DNA of 64,000 nt from Verrucomicrobiota bacterium (GTDB lineage: Bacteria > Verrucomicrobiota > Verrucomicrobiia > Limisphaerales > SXTU01), in NCBI GenBank assembly GCA_016235545.1, contig JACRKB010000191.1:1078-65077 (forward strand), read 5' to 3'. Below the pieces are notes generated by a model. It saw only the letters and a list, made by a program, of their open reading frames with translations. It was not told the origin of the DNA and made no database searches. Position numbers and translations under genes: made by a program. Shown one piece after another: positions 43,789 to 52,632 of the stretch. The first letter of the stretch is position 1. Each line of letters opens with the position of its first letter.

Positions 43789-45186
43789 ATGAAGCTGCTG
43801 TTCCTGATCGACAACCTGCAGTTCTTTCGCGACGTGTTCCGCAGCACGGTGCTGCCGCGCCTGCTTGCCGACGAGGGCACGGAGGTGGTTGTCGCCAGCA
43901 CCTATTCGGCGGACGCCATCGCGCAGGAGTTCGCCCACCCGCGCCTGCGCGTCCATCCGCTCCAGCCACCGCCCGCGAACTGGCTGACGGACCTTGCCTA
44001 CTCGGTGGCCAAAGACATTTACGTGCTGGAGCGGCCTGATGGCAGCTTCGCGCAAAAGCGCTTCGTGGAGGCGGAGCAGCACGAGCGGCGATCGCTGGCG
44101 GCACGCATGGCGCTTGGGCGGGCGCTGCGCGCGATGGGCTTCACCTCACGAGGAGTGATGCGGTGGGTTGAAGGGATTGGCGTGGAGCCGGATTTCGACG
44201 CGCTGCTTCAGCGCGAGCGTCCGGACTTGGTTGTCTTTTCCACCATGCTGCCCGGGGTCAGCCCGTGGCTGAAGGCCGCGCGTCGGTCGCGCATTCCCAC
44301 CGTCCTCAGTGTCGCGAGCTGGGACAACCCAACCTCGAAAGGTCCGTTGCTGGTGCCGCCCGACCACGCGCTGGCATGGAGCGAGGAGATGAAACGCGAG
44401 CTGATGCACTTCCACTGGCTGCCAGCGGAGCGCATCGCGACCGTGGGCGTGCTTTACTTCGAGAGCTATTTTGCCGCGAAGGATTTGCCGGACCGCGCGG
44501 CGTTTTGCGCGGGGCTGGGCATTGATCCCGCGTGTCGCATCCTGCACTACGCGACGGGCGACAGCGCGTTGATCCGCTGCAACCAGGAGTTCATTCGCGT
44601 GCTCCAGCGGCTGATTGCATCGGGCCAACTCGGTGAGCCGTGCCATCTGCTCGTGCGCGTCAGCCCCAAGGACTTGTTCCATCTCTACAAAGAGTTCGAA
44701 GGCACGCCCCATGTGACCGTGCAGTATCCCGCCGGTTCGGGCACGCTCTACGGCGCGCACAAGTGGCTCCCCGCCGCCGGCGAGGAGCGTGAGCGCGCCG
44801 CCACGGTGAAGCACAGCGATGTCATCCTGAGCGTCTCCTCCTCGATGGTGCTCGACGCGTGCTGCTTCGACGTGCCGGTCATCAACCTCGCCTATGACGC
44901 CGGCCTGAAAGTCCCGCCGTGGGAGTCGGTGGACCGCTTCTACGCCTACTCCCACTGTCAGCCCGTGTTGAAGTCCGGTGCCACCTGGATCGTGAAGCGC
45001 GAAGCCGAACTGCTGGAGTCGCTCCAGCTCACGCTGCGCGATCGTTCGGCGAAGCAAGGTGAACGGCGCGAACTGCTCGAACGGCTGGTCGGGCTCACCG
45101 ACGGGCAGACCAATGAGCGATGGGTGGCGGCGATGCGAAACATCGCCCGTCAGGAAAGCATTCCCGTTTCCAAGCCAGCGCGTTAG
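43789..45186 (+). CDS. Hypothetical protein, possibly a GT-B-fold glycosyl/phosphoglycosyl transferase
   Basis: Start at ATG 43789 (MKLLFLIDNLQFF). The layout looks two-Rossmann-like (VVVASTY..., LVVFSTMLPG, SVASWDNPTSKG, SDVILSVSSSMVLDA). No family named with confidence. Confidence 0.55.
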   Translation: MKLLFLIDNLQFFRDVFRSTVLPRLLADEGTEVVVASTYSADAIAQEFAHPRLRVHPLQPPPANWLTDLAYSVAKDIYVLERPDGSFAQKRFVEAEQHERRSLAARMALGRALRAMGFTSRGVMRWVEGIGVEPDFDALLQRERPDLVVFSTMLPGVSPWLKAARRSRIPTVLSVASWDNPTSKGPLLVPPDHALAWSEEMKRELMHFHWLPAERIATVGVLYFESYFAAKDLPDRAAFCAGLGIDPACRILHYATGDSALIRCNQEFIRVLQRLIASGQLGEPCHLLVRVSPKDLFHLYKEFEGTPHVTVQYPAGSGTLYGAHKWLPAAGEERERAATVKHSDVILSVSSSMVLDACCFDVPVINLAYDAGLKVPPWESVDRFYAYSHCQPVLKSGATWIVKREAELLESLQLTLRDRSAKQGERRELLERLVGLTDGQTNERWVAAMRNIARQESIPVSKPAR

Positions 45187-45197
45187 CTTCCCGAACA

Positions 45198-46067
45198 ATG
45201 AGCCAAGCAAATCCGCCCGACCTCGCGCAACTGCGGCCATCGGTGACGATCCTGGTCACGTCGTGTGACTGGTTTTACGATGTCTGGGTTCCCTTCTTCT
45301 ACTTCTTCAAGCGGCACTGGTCGGACAACCCGTTTGCCGTCCGCTTGATCACCAACCGCTTCCGCTTGGATGAGGGTGACGTTCGTGAGCTGCCCGTGGG
45401 CGAAGACAAGGGCTGGGGTGGCAATCTGATTGCCGCGTTGCGCGAAATCAGCTCCGACTACGTTCTGTATGTGCAGGAGGACCAGTTCTTCACCCGTTCG
45501 GTGGACACGACGGAGTTTTGCAACGACCTGCGCCACTGCCTGACGCACGGCGTGGATTATCTGGCTTACCGCGCTTCGCCGGAGGACGAACCGGGGTTCA
45601 AGCCGGTCAACGACCGCTTTGGCATCATCGCGGCAAACTCCCCACACCGGGTGAAGGCCGATCCAGCGCTCTGGAAACGCACGACGCTGCTGCAAATGCT
45701 CCGGGCGGACGACTCTCCGTGGCATTTCCTCAACACGGGCAGCGAGCGCTGCCGGGATTTGCTGTTCATGCGCTACTGTCGGCAGACCTCGTCCACGGTT
45801 GATTACTTGCCGGGCTCGGCGATCCGGCGTGACCTGTGGCGCAAGGAAGGGCTGGCAATGATGCGGGCGCATGGCTTGACGCCGGAGCCGGGTTATCGCC
45901 GCACGCACATCAAGATGAAGAGCCTGCTGACGCAACTGCGCCGCACCCTAACGCGCCGCCGCTTCCGGGCCGACATCCGCCGCCAGCCCGACCGCGTGGT
46001 GCCGGTGAACCGCTCCGTGGCGACGGCGCTGACCGCCACTGGCCGGGCGGTCAGGAAAGTGAATTGA
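45198..46067 (+). CDS. Uncharacterised glycan-locus protein, paralogue of 37469-38299
   Basis: Start at ATG 45198. For the shared motifs see the entry at 37469-38299. The basic C-terminal tail is absent from the paralogue. Confidence 0.6.
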   Translation: MSQANPPDLAQLRPSVTILVTSCDWFYDVWVPFFYFFKRHWSDNPFAVRLITNRFRLDEGDVRELPVGEDKGWGGNLIAALREISSDYVLYVQEDQFFTRSVDTTEFCNDLRHCLTHGVDYLAYRASPEDEPGFKPVNDRFGIIAANSPHRVKADPALWKRTTLLQMLRADDSPWHFLNTGSERCRDLLFMRYCRQTSSTVDYLPGSAIRRDLWRKEGLAMMRAHGLTPEPGYRRTHIKMKSLLTQLRRTLTRRRFRADIRRQPDRVVPVNRSVATALTATGRAVRKVN

Positions 46068-46151
46068 TTTGGCTGGTGAATTCTGCGAGTTGTGCGCGGT
46101 GTTCCCGATGCCGGCATGGCCCGGTTCATTGAAACGCGCGGTCGCAATATC

Positions 46152-46925
46152 ATGAAAGTAGTCATCCTGTGCGGCGGATTGGGCACGCGGTTGCGTGAAG
46201 AGACGGAGTTCCGTCCCAAGCCGATGGTGCCGGTGGGCGGGCGGCCCATTCTCTGGCACATCATGAAGTATTACGCCCACTTTGGGCACAAGGACTTTAT
46301 CCTCTGCCTGGGCTACAAGGGCGAGTTCATCAAGGACTACTTCCGCAACTACCATTGGAACACGAGCGACGTGACGCTCAAGCTGGGCCGCAATCCCCAG
46401 ATCCGCTATCACAACACCCACGCCGAGGAGGACTGGACGGTCACGCTGCTCGACACCGGTGCGGAGACGCAGACCGGCGGACGCCTGCGCCGCGCGCTGG
46501 CGCACGTCGAGGAGGACACCTTCCTATTAACCTACGGCGACGGCCTGACGAACAGCAACATCAACTCCTCAATTGCCTTCCACAAGCGGCATGGGGCCAT
46601 CGGCACGGTCACGGCGGTCAAGCCCGGGGGGCGGTTCGGCGAGTTGGCCATGGACGGCGAAACAATCCAGTCTTTCCGCGAGAAGCCGGAGAAGGAGGCA
46701 GGCTTCATCAGCGGCGGCTTCTTTGTCCTGAACAAAACCATCGGGAAGTATCTACCTGGCGATGATTGCGTTTTGGAGAAGCAGCCGCTCACGAGTTTAG
46801 CCACGGAGGGCCAGCTCAAGGCGTGGCGGCATGATGGCTTCTGGCAGTGCATGGACACGCTGCGTGAAACGGAGCACCTGAACAAACTCTGGGCTACCGG
46901 CAGTGCACCGTGGAAAATCTGGTGA
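46152..46925 (+). CDS. rfbF: Glucose-1-phosphate cytidylyltransferase
   Basis: Start at ATG 46152. MKVVILCGGLGTRLREETEFRPKPMVPVGGRPILWHIMKYYAHFG is the classic RfbF/DdhA N-terminus. Confidence 0.9.
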   Translation: MKVVILCGGLGTRLREETEFRPKPMVPVGGRPILWHIMKYYAHFGHKDFILCLGYKGEFIKDYFRNYHWNTSDVTLKLGRNPQIRYHNTHAEEDWTVTLLDTGAETQTGGRLRRALAHVEEDTFLLTYGDGLTNSNINSSIAFHKRHGAIGTVTAVKPGGRFGELAMDGETIQSFREKPEKEAGFISGGFFVLNKTIGKYLPGDDCVLEKQPLTSLATEGQLKAWRHDGFWQCMDTLRETEHLNKLWATGSAPWKIW

Positions 46926-48040
46926 CCATGTTCGGCGGCTACTACCAAGGCAAACGTGTCCTCGTCACCGGGCACACCGGTTTCAAAGGAGCGTGGCTCT
47001 CGCTCTGGCTGAGGCAGCTCGGTGCCCAAGTCTGCGGCCTCGCGCTGCCACCGGAGAACGCGCCCAATCTCCACGAACTCATTCAGCCGGGGACGTTCGC
47101 GGCGGCATCCATCGTGGACATCCGCGACGCCGACGCGGTGGCGGAAGTCGTGCGGGCCGCAAAACCTGACTTCGTCTTCCACCTCGCCGCGCAGGCGCTC
47201 GTGCGGCGCTCGTATGCCGCGCCGGTCGAGACGATGCAGACGAACGTGCTGGGCACCGTCCACATGCTCGAAGCCGTCCGCCAACTCCGCCGCCCCGTGC
47301 CCATGCTCGTTGTCACCACGGACAAGTGCTACGAAAACCACGGCTGGGACCACGGCTATCGCGAGACCGACGCGCTCGGCGGCCACGATGTTTATGCCGC
47401 CAGCAAAGCCGCGTGCGAAATCGTCGTGGGCGCGTGGCAGCGCTCCTTCTTCCAGCCGGACGCGAAGCTCGGCAACGTCGCCACCGCCCGCGCCGGTAAT
47501 GTGATTGGCGGCGGTGACTTCGCCACGGACCGCATCGTGCCCGACTGCGTCCGCGCGCTTGCCAGCAAAGCTCCCATCCGCGTCCGCAACCCGCACGCCA
47601 CGCGCCCGTGGCAGCATGTGCTGGACTGCCTGAGCGGTTATCTCTGGCTCGGCGCGTGCCTCGCGACCGCGCCGAAAAACTCGCCGCTGGCCGGCGCGTT
47701 CAACTTCGGCCCCGCCTTACAGGCCAACCGGACCGTGGGCGTGCTCGTCGAAGAGCTGCTTCGCCACTGGCCCGGCCAATGGCTTGAAGCCTCCGACCCC
47801 AAGGCCCCGCATGAGGCCGGTCGCCTGCACCTCGCGATAGACAAGTCAGCCGCGCAGCTCGGCTGGCAGCCAACGTGGGACTTTGCCGACACCGTGAAGC
47901 ACACCGCACTCTGGTATCGCCGCTTCGCGGCCTGCGGCGGGCGTGGTTCGCGCGCCTTCACCGTGAAGCAGATTGCGGACTTCAGCCGTGCCGCCAAGAC
48001 GCAGGGACAGGCCTGGGCCGCCGCTGGGAAAGCGACATGA
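46910..48040 (+). CDS. rfbG: CDP-glucose 4,6-dehydratase
   Basis: GKRVLVTGHTGFKGAWLSLWL, YAASKAA (YxxxK) and RPWQHVL. The start is either 46910 or ATG 46928. Confidence 0.9.
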   Translation: MENLVTMFGGYYQGKRVLVTGHTGFKGAWLSLWLRQLGAQVCGLALPPENAPNLHELIQPGTFAAASIVDIRDADAVAEVVRAAKPDFVFHLAAQALVRRSYAAPVETMQTNVLGTVHMLEAVRQLRRPVPMLVVTTDKCYENHGWDHGYRETDALGGHDVYAASKAACEIVVGAWQRSFFQPDAKLGNVATARAGNVIGGGDFATDRIVPDCVRALASKAPIRVRNPHATRPWQHVLDCLSGYLWLGACLATAPKNSPLAGAFNFGPALQANRTVGVLVEELLRHWPGQWLEASDPKAPHEAGRLHLAIDKSAAQLGWQPTWDFADTVKHTALWYRRFAACGGRGSRAFTVKQIADFSRAAKTQGQAWAAAGKAT

Positions 48041-49269
48041 GCGAGGCCACTTTCACATGCCGCTCCTGCGGGAGCGTGGGGGGACAACTCGTGCTCGACC
48101 TCGGCGTCCAGCCACTGGCCAACAATCTTCTCCGCCCGGAAGACCTCGGGAAACCGGAACCGCGCTTTCCACTGCGCATCTTCTTTTGCCCGCAGTGCTG
48201 GCTGCTGCAAATCACCGACCTCGTCCCGCCGGTCGAGCTGTTCACCGAATACCTCTACTTCTCCTCGTTTTCGGACACGATGCTGCGCCACGCGCGTGAG
48301 GCGGCGCAGCGCTACGTCCGCGACTTCAAGCTAGGTGCGGACAGTCTGGTGGTCGAGATCGCCAGCAACGACGGCTACCTGCTGAAGAATTTCCGCGATG
48401 CGCGCGTGCCTTGCCTGGGCATCGAGCCGGCGGCGAACATCGCCAAGGTCGCGCGTGAGCAGGGAATTGAGACACGCGTCGAGTTCTTCGGCGCGGAGCT
48501 GGCCCGCAAACTGGCGGGCGAAGGGCGGCGGGCAGACTTGATTCTGGGCAACAACGTCTTCGCCCACGCGCCGGACACGAATGACTTTGTGGCTGGCCTG
48601 AAGCTGCTACTCCAACCGCGCGGCCGAGTGGTGTTGGAATTTCCGCACGGCCTGGAGCTGCTGGAGAGGACCGAGTTCGACACGATTTACCACGAGCATG
48701 TCTTTTACTTCACGCTAACCGCGTTGCGCCCGCTGTTCATCCGGCACGGGCTGGAGGTCATCCGCGTCGAGCGGTTGCCGATCCACGGCGGCTCGCTGCG
48801 CGTCTTCGCAGGCCACGCGGGCGTGCATCCGGTGGACGACACGGTGGCGGCGTTTCTCGCGGAGGAGCACGCGCACGGCGTGGATTCGCCGGCGCGCTAT
48901 GCGGCGTTTGCCGGACAGGTGCAGGCGATTCGGGGCGCGTTGGTTCAACTCGTGACGGAGTTACTCGGGCAGGGGAAAAGTGTCGCCGCCTACGGCGCGT
49001 CGGCGAAGGGCAGCACGTTGCTGAACTATTGCGGCCTCGACCACCGGCAACTCGCCTTCGTGGCCGACCGGAGCACTTACAAGCAGGGCCGACTCACGCC
49101 CGGCACGCACATCCCGATTGTTGGGGCGGAGGAACTGGCCCGCCGCCAACCCGATTTCACGCTCCTCCTCACTTGGAATTTCACCGACGAAATCCTGCGC
49201 CAGCAGCAGGCGTATCGGGATGCGGGCGGGAAGTTCATCGTCCCGATTCCGGAGGTGCGCGTCGCATGA
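48037..49269 (+). CDS. NDP-hexose C-methyltransferase (TylCIII-like; Zn-ribbon, SAM-MT and C-MT domains)
   Basis: ATGA overlap with rfbG. CRSCGS...CPQC zinc-ribbon, SAM motif VVEIASNDGYLL, and the C-terminal domain motif VAAYGASAKGSTLLNY. Confidence 0.75.
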   Translation: MSEATFTCRSCGSVGGQLVLDLGVQPLANNLLRPEDLGKPEPRFPLRIFFCPQCWLLQITDLVPPVELFTEYLYFSSFSDTMLRHAREAAQRYVRDFKLGADSLVVEIASNDGYLLKNFRDARVPCLGIEPAANIAKVAREQGIETRVEFFGAELARKLAGEGRRADLILGNNVFAHAPDTNDFVAGLKLLLQPRGRVVLEFPHGLELLERTEFDTIYHEHVFYFTLTALRPLFIRHGLEVIRVERLPIHGGSLRVFAGHAGVHPVDDTVAAFLAEEHAHGVDSPARYAAFAGQVQAIRGALVQLVTELLGQGKSVAAYGASAKGSTLLNYCGLDHRQLAFVADRSTYKQGRLTPGTHIPIVGAEELARRQPDFTLLLTWNFTDEILRQQQAYRDAGGKFIVPIPEVRVA

Positions 49270-49805
49270 AGTTCACTCCCACCAAGCTGGCTGGCGTATG
49301 GCTCGTGGATCAGGAGCGGCGCGGAGACGAGCGCGGCTGGTTCGCCCGGACATGGTGCGCGGAGGAGTTTATCAAGCACGGGCTGAATCCGAAGCTTTCG
49401 CAGTGCAGCGCCTCCTTCAACCAACGACGCGGCACGCTGCGTGGGATGCACTATCAGGTCGCCCCCCTCGAAGAAGCTAAGCTGGTGCGCTGCGTGCGTG
49501 GCGCGGTGTTCGATGTGGCGCTGGACTTGCGCCCGGCGTCACCGACGTTCCGCCAATGGGCCAGTGCGGACCTGACCCCCGACAACGGCCGGGCGCTCTA
49601 CGTGCCGGAAGGCTGCGCCCACGGCTTCCAGACGCTCGCGGACGACACAGAAATCCTCTACCAAATCAGCGCTCCCTGGCAGTCCGCCAGCGCGCGGGGG
49701 GTGCGGTGGAACGACCCTGCCTTCGGCATCGCCTGGCCGCTCGCGGGGGAAGCCCTGCTCAACGACCGCGACCGCGACCTGCCCGACTTTCCCGGCCAAC
49801 CATGA
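49266..49805 (+). CDS. NDP-4-keto-6-deoxyhexose 3,5-epimerase (RfbC/RmlC cupin family)
   Basis: ATGA overlap with the upstream gene. DERGWFARTW, RGMHYQ and GCAHGFQTL are RmlC-type motifs. Confidence 0.85.
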   Translation: MKFTPTKLAGVWLVDQERRGDERGWFARTWCAEEFIKHGLNPKLSQCSASFNQRRGTLRGMHYQVAPLEEAKLVRCVRGAVFDVALDLRPASPTFRQWASADLTPDNGRALYVPEGCAHGFQTLADDTEILYQISAPWQSASARGVRWNDPAFGIAWPLAGEALLNDRDRDLPDFPGQP

Positions 49806-50692
49806 GAATCCTGCTCACCGGGGCCACGGGCTTCATCGGGGCGGCCTTCCTGCGGGAGGCGACGCTGGCGGGCCACGAAGTCGCCGCGCTCGTTCGGCCG
49901 GAGCGCGTGGCCGCACTGACGGGGCAAGCTTCCGTCCGTCCGCTGACCGGCACGCTGGCGGACGCGCCCTGGGGCGACATCACCGCCTTCGCCCCCGACG
50001 TGTGCGTTCACACCGCGTGGGTCACGACGCCGGGAAGTTACCTGGAGTCGCCGGAGAACGAGCTGTTCCTCGCCTGGAGCCAGGCCTTTTTGCGCCGGGC
50101 GATGGACGCCGGGGTGGCGCACCTCGTGACGCTGGGGACGTGCATCGAATACGCGATGACCGGCACGCCCTTGTCTGAGACGGCCACCCCGCTCGCTCCG
50201 GTCTCGCCCTACGCGGGGGCGAAGGACGCGCTCCGCCGCTGGCAGGATACCAAAGCCGCCGCGCGCGGCGTGCGCGCGGCCTGGGCGCGGGTGTTTTATC
50301 CCTACGGCCCCGGCGAGCATCCGACCCGGCTGGCCACATCGATCGTGCAGCGGTTGCGCCGGGGCGAACCGGTCACGCTCAAGACGGCGGCGAGCGTGAA
50401 GGACTACCTCTTCATCAGCGACCTGGCCACCGCGCTCCTGACCGTCGTGGCCGGCCGCTTTCACGGCCCCGTCAATCTCGGCACCGGCGAGGGTGTGACC
50501 GTGGGCGCGCTGGCCGGCGCGATTGCCGGCCAACTGGGCCGACCAGATTTGCTGCGCGTCGCGGAGCCGGGCACGCCGGATCCGTATGCATACGTGGTGG
50601 CGGACGCGGCGCGGCTGCGGGCGCTGGGCTGGCAGCCCCGCGTTTCCCTCGCGCAAGGCGTGGCGCAACTCCTCGGACACCTCCCCGCATGA
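49802..50692 (+). CDS. NAD(P)-dependent epimerase/reductase (candidate 4-ketoreductase)
   Basis: ATGA overlap. MRILLTGATGFIGAAF and YAGAKDA (YxxxK). Confidence 0.75.
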   Translation: MRILLTGATGFIGAAFLREATLAGHEVAALVRPERVAALTGQASVRPLTGTLADAPWGDITAFAPDVCVHTAWVTTPGSYLESPENELFLAWSQAFLRRAMDAGVAHLVTLGTCIEYAMTGTPLSETATPLAPVSPYAGAKDALRRWQDTKAAARGVRAAWARVFYPYGPGEHPTRLATSIVQRLRRGEPVTLKTAASVKDYLFISDLATALLTVVAGRFHGPVNLGTGEGVTVGALAGAIAGQLGRPDLLRVAEPGTPDPYAYVVADAARLRALGWQPRVSLAQGVAQLLGHLPA

Positions 50693-51840
50693 AACCTCGC
50701 ACCACGTGTCCCGGCTGCGGGGGCATCCAGCTTTCGCCCACATGGCGCATTCCCCGGCAGCCGGTGGTGTTGAACTACCGCTTCGCCACCGCCGCCGCCG
50801 CGCTGCGCGTGCCGCGCCGTGACTTGCGGCTGGCGCAATGCGGCGGCTGCGGCCTCATCTTCAACGCGGTCTTCGACTCGGCCGTGATTCCTTACGACGA
50901 ATGCTACGAAAACCGCCAGGGCTGCTCGGCGGCGTTCCAAGCCCACCTTCAGGCGCAGGTCCGCCGGCTGGTGCGCCGACTGCCGGCGCGCGACGGGCGC
51001 GTGCTGGAGGTGGGCTGCGGAAAGGGCGATTTCCTCCGGCTGCTGTGCCGGGAGGCGGGGGCGCGCGGCGTTGGCTACGACACGTCGTATGAGGGGCCGC
51101 CGGTGGCCGAGGATGGGCGCGTGCGGTTCGAGCAGCATTACGTGTCGGCGCGCGAGGTGGAGTCGCCGTTCGACATGGTGGTCTGCCGGCACGTGGTCGA
51201 GCACATCGGGGAAATCGGGAGCTTTCTCCGGGAGCTGCGCGCCATCGCGGCGGCGGCGGGTGATCCGGTGGTGGTCATCGAGACGCCGGCCTTCGAGTGG
51301 ATCGCGGCCCATGACTGCTTCTGGGATGTGTTTTACGAGCACTGCAATTACTTCCCCCGCCCGAGCCTGGCGCGGCTCTGCCGGCTGGCCGGCTTCAAGG
51401 TCGAGCGCCAGACGGCGGTGTTCGGCGGGCAATACCAGTGGCTGGAACTACGGGTGCGGCAGCGGTGCTGGCCGGCCTGCAAGGCCGCCACCGTGGTGCG
51501 CCTGAGTCCCTTCGCGAAGCGGGCTGAACGGATGGTGCAGGCGCTGGAAAAGCGGCTGCGGCAGCACGGGGCCGCGCGCGGCTGGGCCATCTGGGGGGCG
51601 GGGGCCAAGGGCGTGGCGCTGGTGAACCGCCTGCACCGCCTGCCGCCCGCGCTGGTCGTGGATAGCAACGCCGCCAAGCAGGGGGGCTTTATCCCTGGTT
51701 CCCGCGTGCCCATCGTCGCCCCGGACGACCCGTGCCTGCGCGACCTCTCGCTGGTGCTCATCGCGAATCCGCGTTATGCGCCTGAGATTACTTGCGCGTT
51801 GCGGCAGGCGGGTATCGCTCCTACGATCCTCACCACCTGA
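50689..51840 (+). CDS. Second TylCIII-like C-methyltransferase-type protein
   Basis: ATGA overlap. CPGCGG...CGGCG zinc-ribbon, SAM motif VLEVGCGKGDFL, and the C-terminal motif WAIWGAGAKGVALVNRL. Confidence 0.7.
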   Translation: MKPRTTCPGCGGIQLSPTWRIPRQPVVLNYRFATAAAALRVPRRDLRLAQCGGCGLIFNAVFDSAVIPYDECYENRQGCSAAFQAHLQAQVRRLVRRLPARDGRVLEVGCGKGDFLRLLCREAGARGVGYDTSYEGPPVAEDGRVRFEQHYVSAREVESPFDMVVCRHVVEHIGEIGSFLRELRAIAAAAGDPVVVIETPAFEWIAAHDCFWDVFYEHCNYFPRPSLARLCRLAGFKVERQTAVFGGQYQWLELRVRQRCWPACKAATVVRLSPFAKRAERMVQALEKRLRQHGAARGWAIWGAGAKGVALVNRLHRLPPALVVDSNAAKQGGFIPGSRVPIVAPDDPCLRDLSLVLIANPRYAPEITCALRQAGIAPTILTT

Positions 51841-51844
51841 GTTC

Positions 51845-52612
51845 ATGCGCATCACCATTGACACCGAGGCGGCCACGCTCGCCCACGACGACGGGGCAGG
51901 GCTGCAAACCTTGCCGCTGTATTCCGACGCGGCCTTCGAAATCCTCTCCCGCCAGTGGGTGAAGGTCGGCTGGGACCGGAAATACTCCTATACCTTCACC
52001 TGGCTGGGCCGGCCGTTGATTCAACTGCCGGAAGATGTGCTGCGGATTCAGGAAGTCATCTGGGCGATGCAGCCGGACGTGATCATCGAGACGGGCGTGG
52101 CGCATGGCGGCTCACTGATTTTTTACGCCAGTCTGTGCAAGGCCATCGGCAAGGGGCGCGTCATCGGCGTGGACATTGAAATCCGCCCGCCCAACCGGCA
52201 GGCCATCGAGGCCCATCCGCTGGCTGGCGCGATCACGTTGATCGAGGGCGACTCCACCGCGCCCGCCGTGGTGCAACGTGTGCGCCGGCTGGTGCAGCCG
52301 GGCGAAACCGTGCTGGTCATCCTCGATTCCTGCCACACACGCGCCCATGTGCTGGCCGAGCTGGAGGCGTATCACCCGCTGGTCACGCCCGGCTCCTACC
52401 TCGTGGCGACGGACGGCATCATGCACGACCTGCACGACACGCCACTGGGCCGGCCGGAGTGGACCGGGGACAACCCGACGGTGGCGGCGCGGGAGTTTGC
52501 CGCGCGGCATCCCGAGTTTCAGCACGGGCCGCCGCCTTGGCCGTTCAACGAGAGCACGCTCCACCAAAACGTCACCCACTGGCCGGAGGCGTTCCTGCGC
52601 CGGGTTCGTTAA
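51845..52612 (+). CDS. Cephalosporin-hydroxylase (CmcI) family methyltransferase
   Basis: Start at ATG 51845. WLGRPLIQLPEDVLRIQEVIWAMQPDVIIETGVAHGGSLIFYA is typical of the CmcI/rhamnosyl-O-methyltransferase family. Confidence 0.75.
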   Translation: MRITIDTEAATLAHDDGAGLQTLPLYSDAAFEILSRQWVKVGWDRKYSYTFTWLGRPLIQLPEDVLRIQEVIWAMQPDVIIETGVAHGGSLIFYASLCKAIGKGRVIGVDIEIRPPNRQAIEAHPLAGAITLIEGDSTAPAVVQRVRRLVQPGETVLVILDSCHTRAHVLAELEAYHPLVTPGSYLVATDGIMHDLHDTPLGRPEWTGDNPTVAAREFAARHPEFQHGPPPWPFNESTLHQNVTHWPEAFLRRVR

Positions 52613-52632
52613 TCCGCGCCCGCCCACCACCC

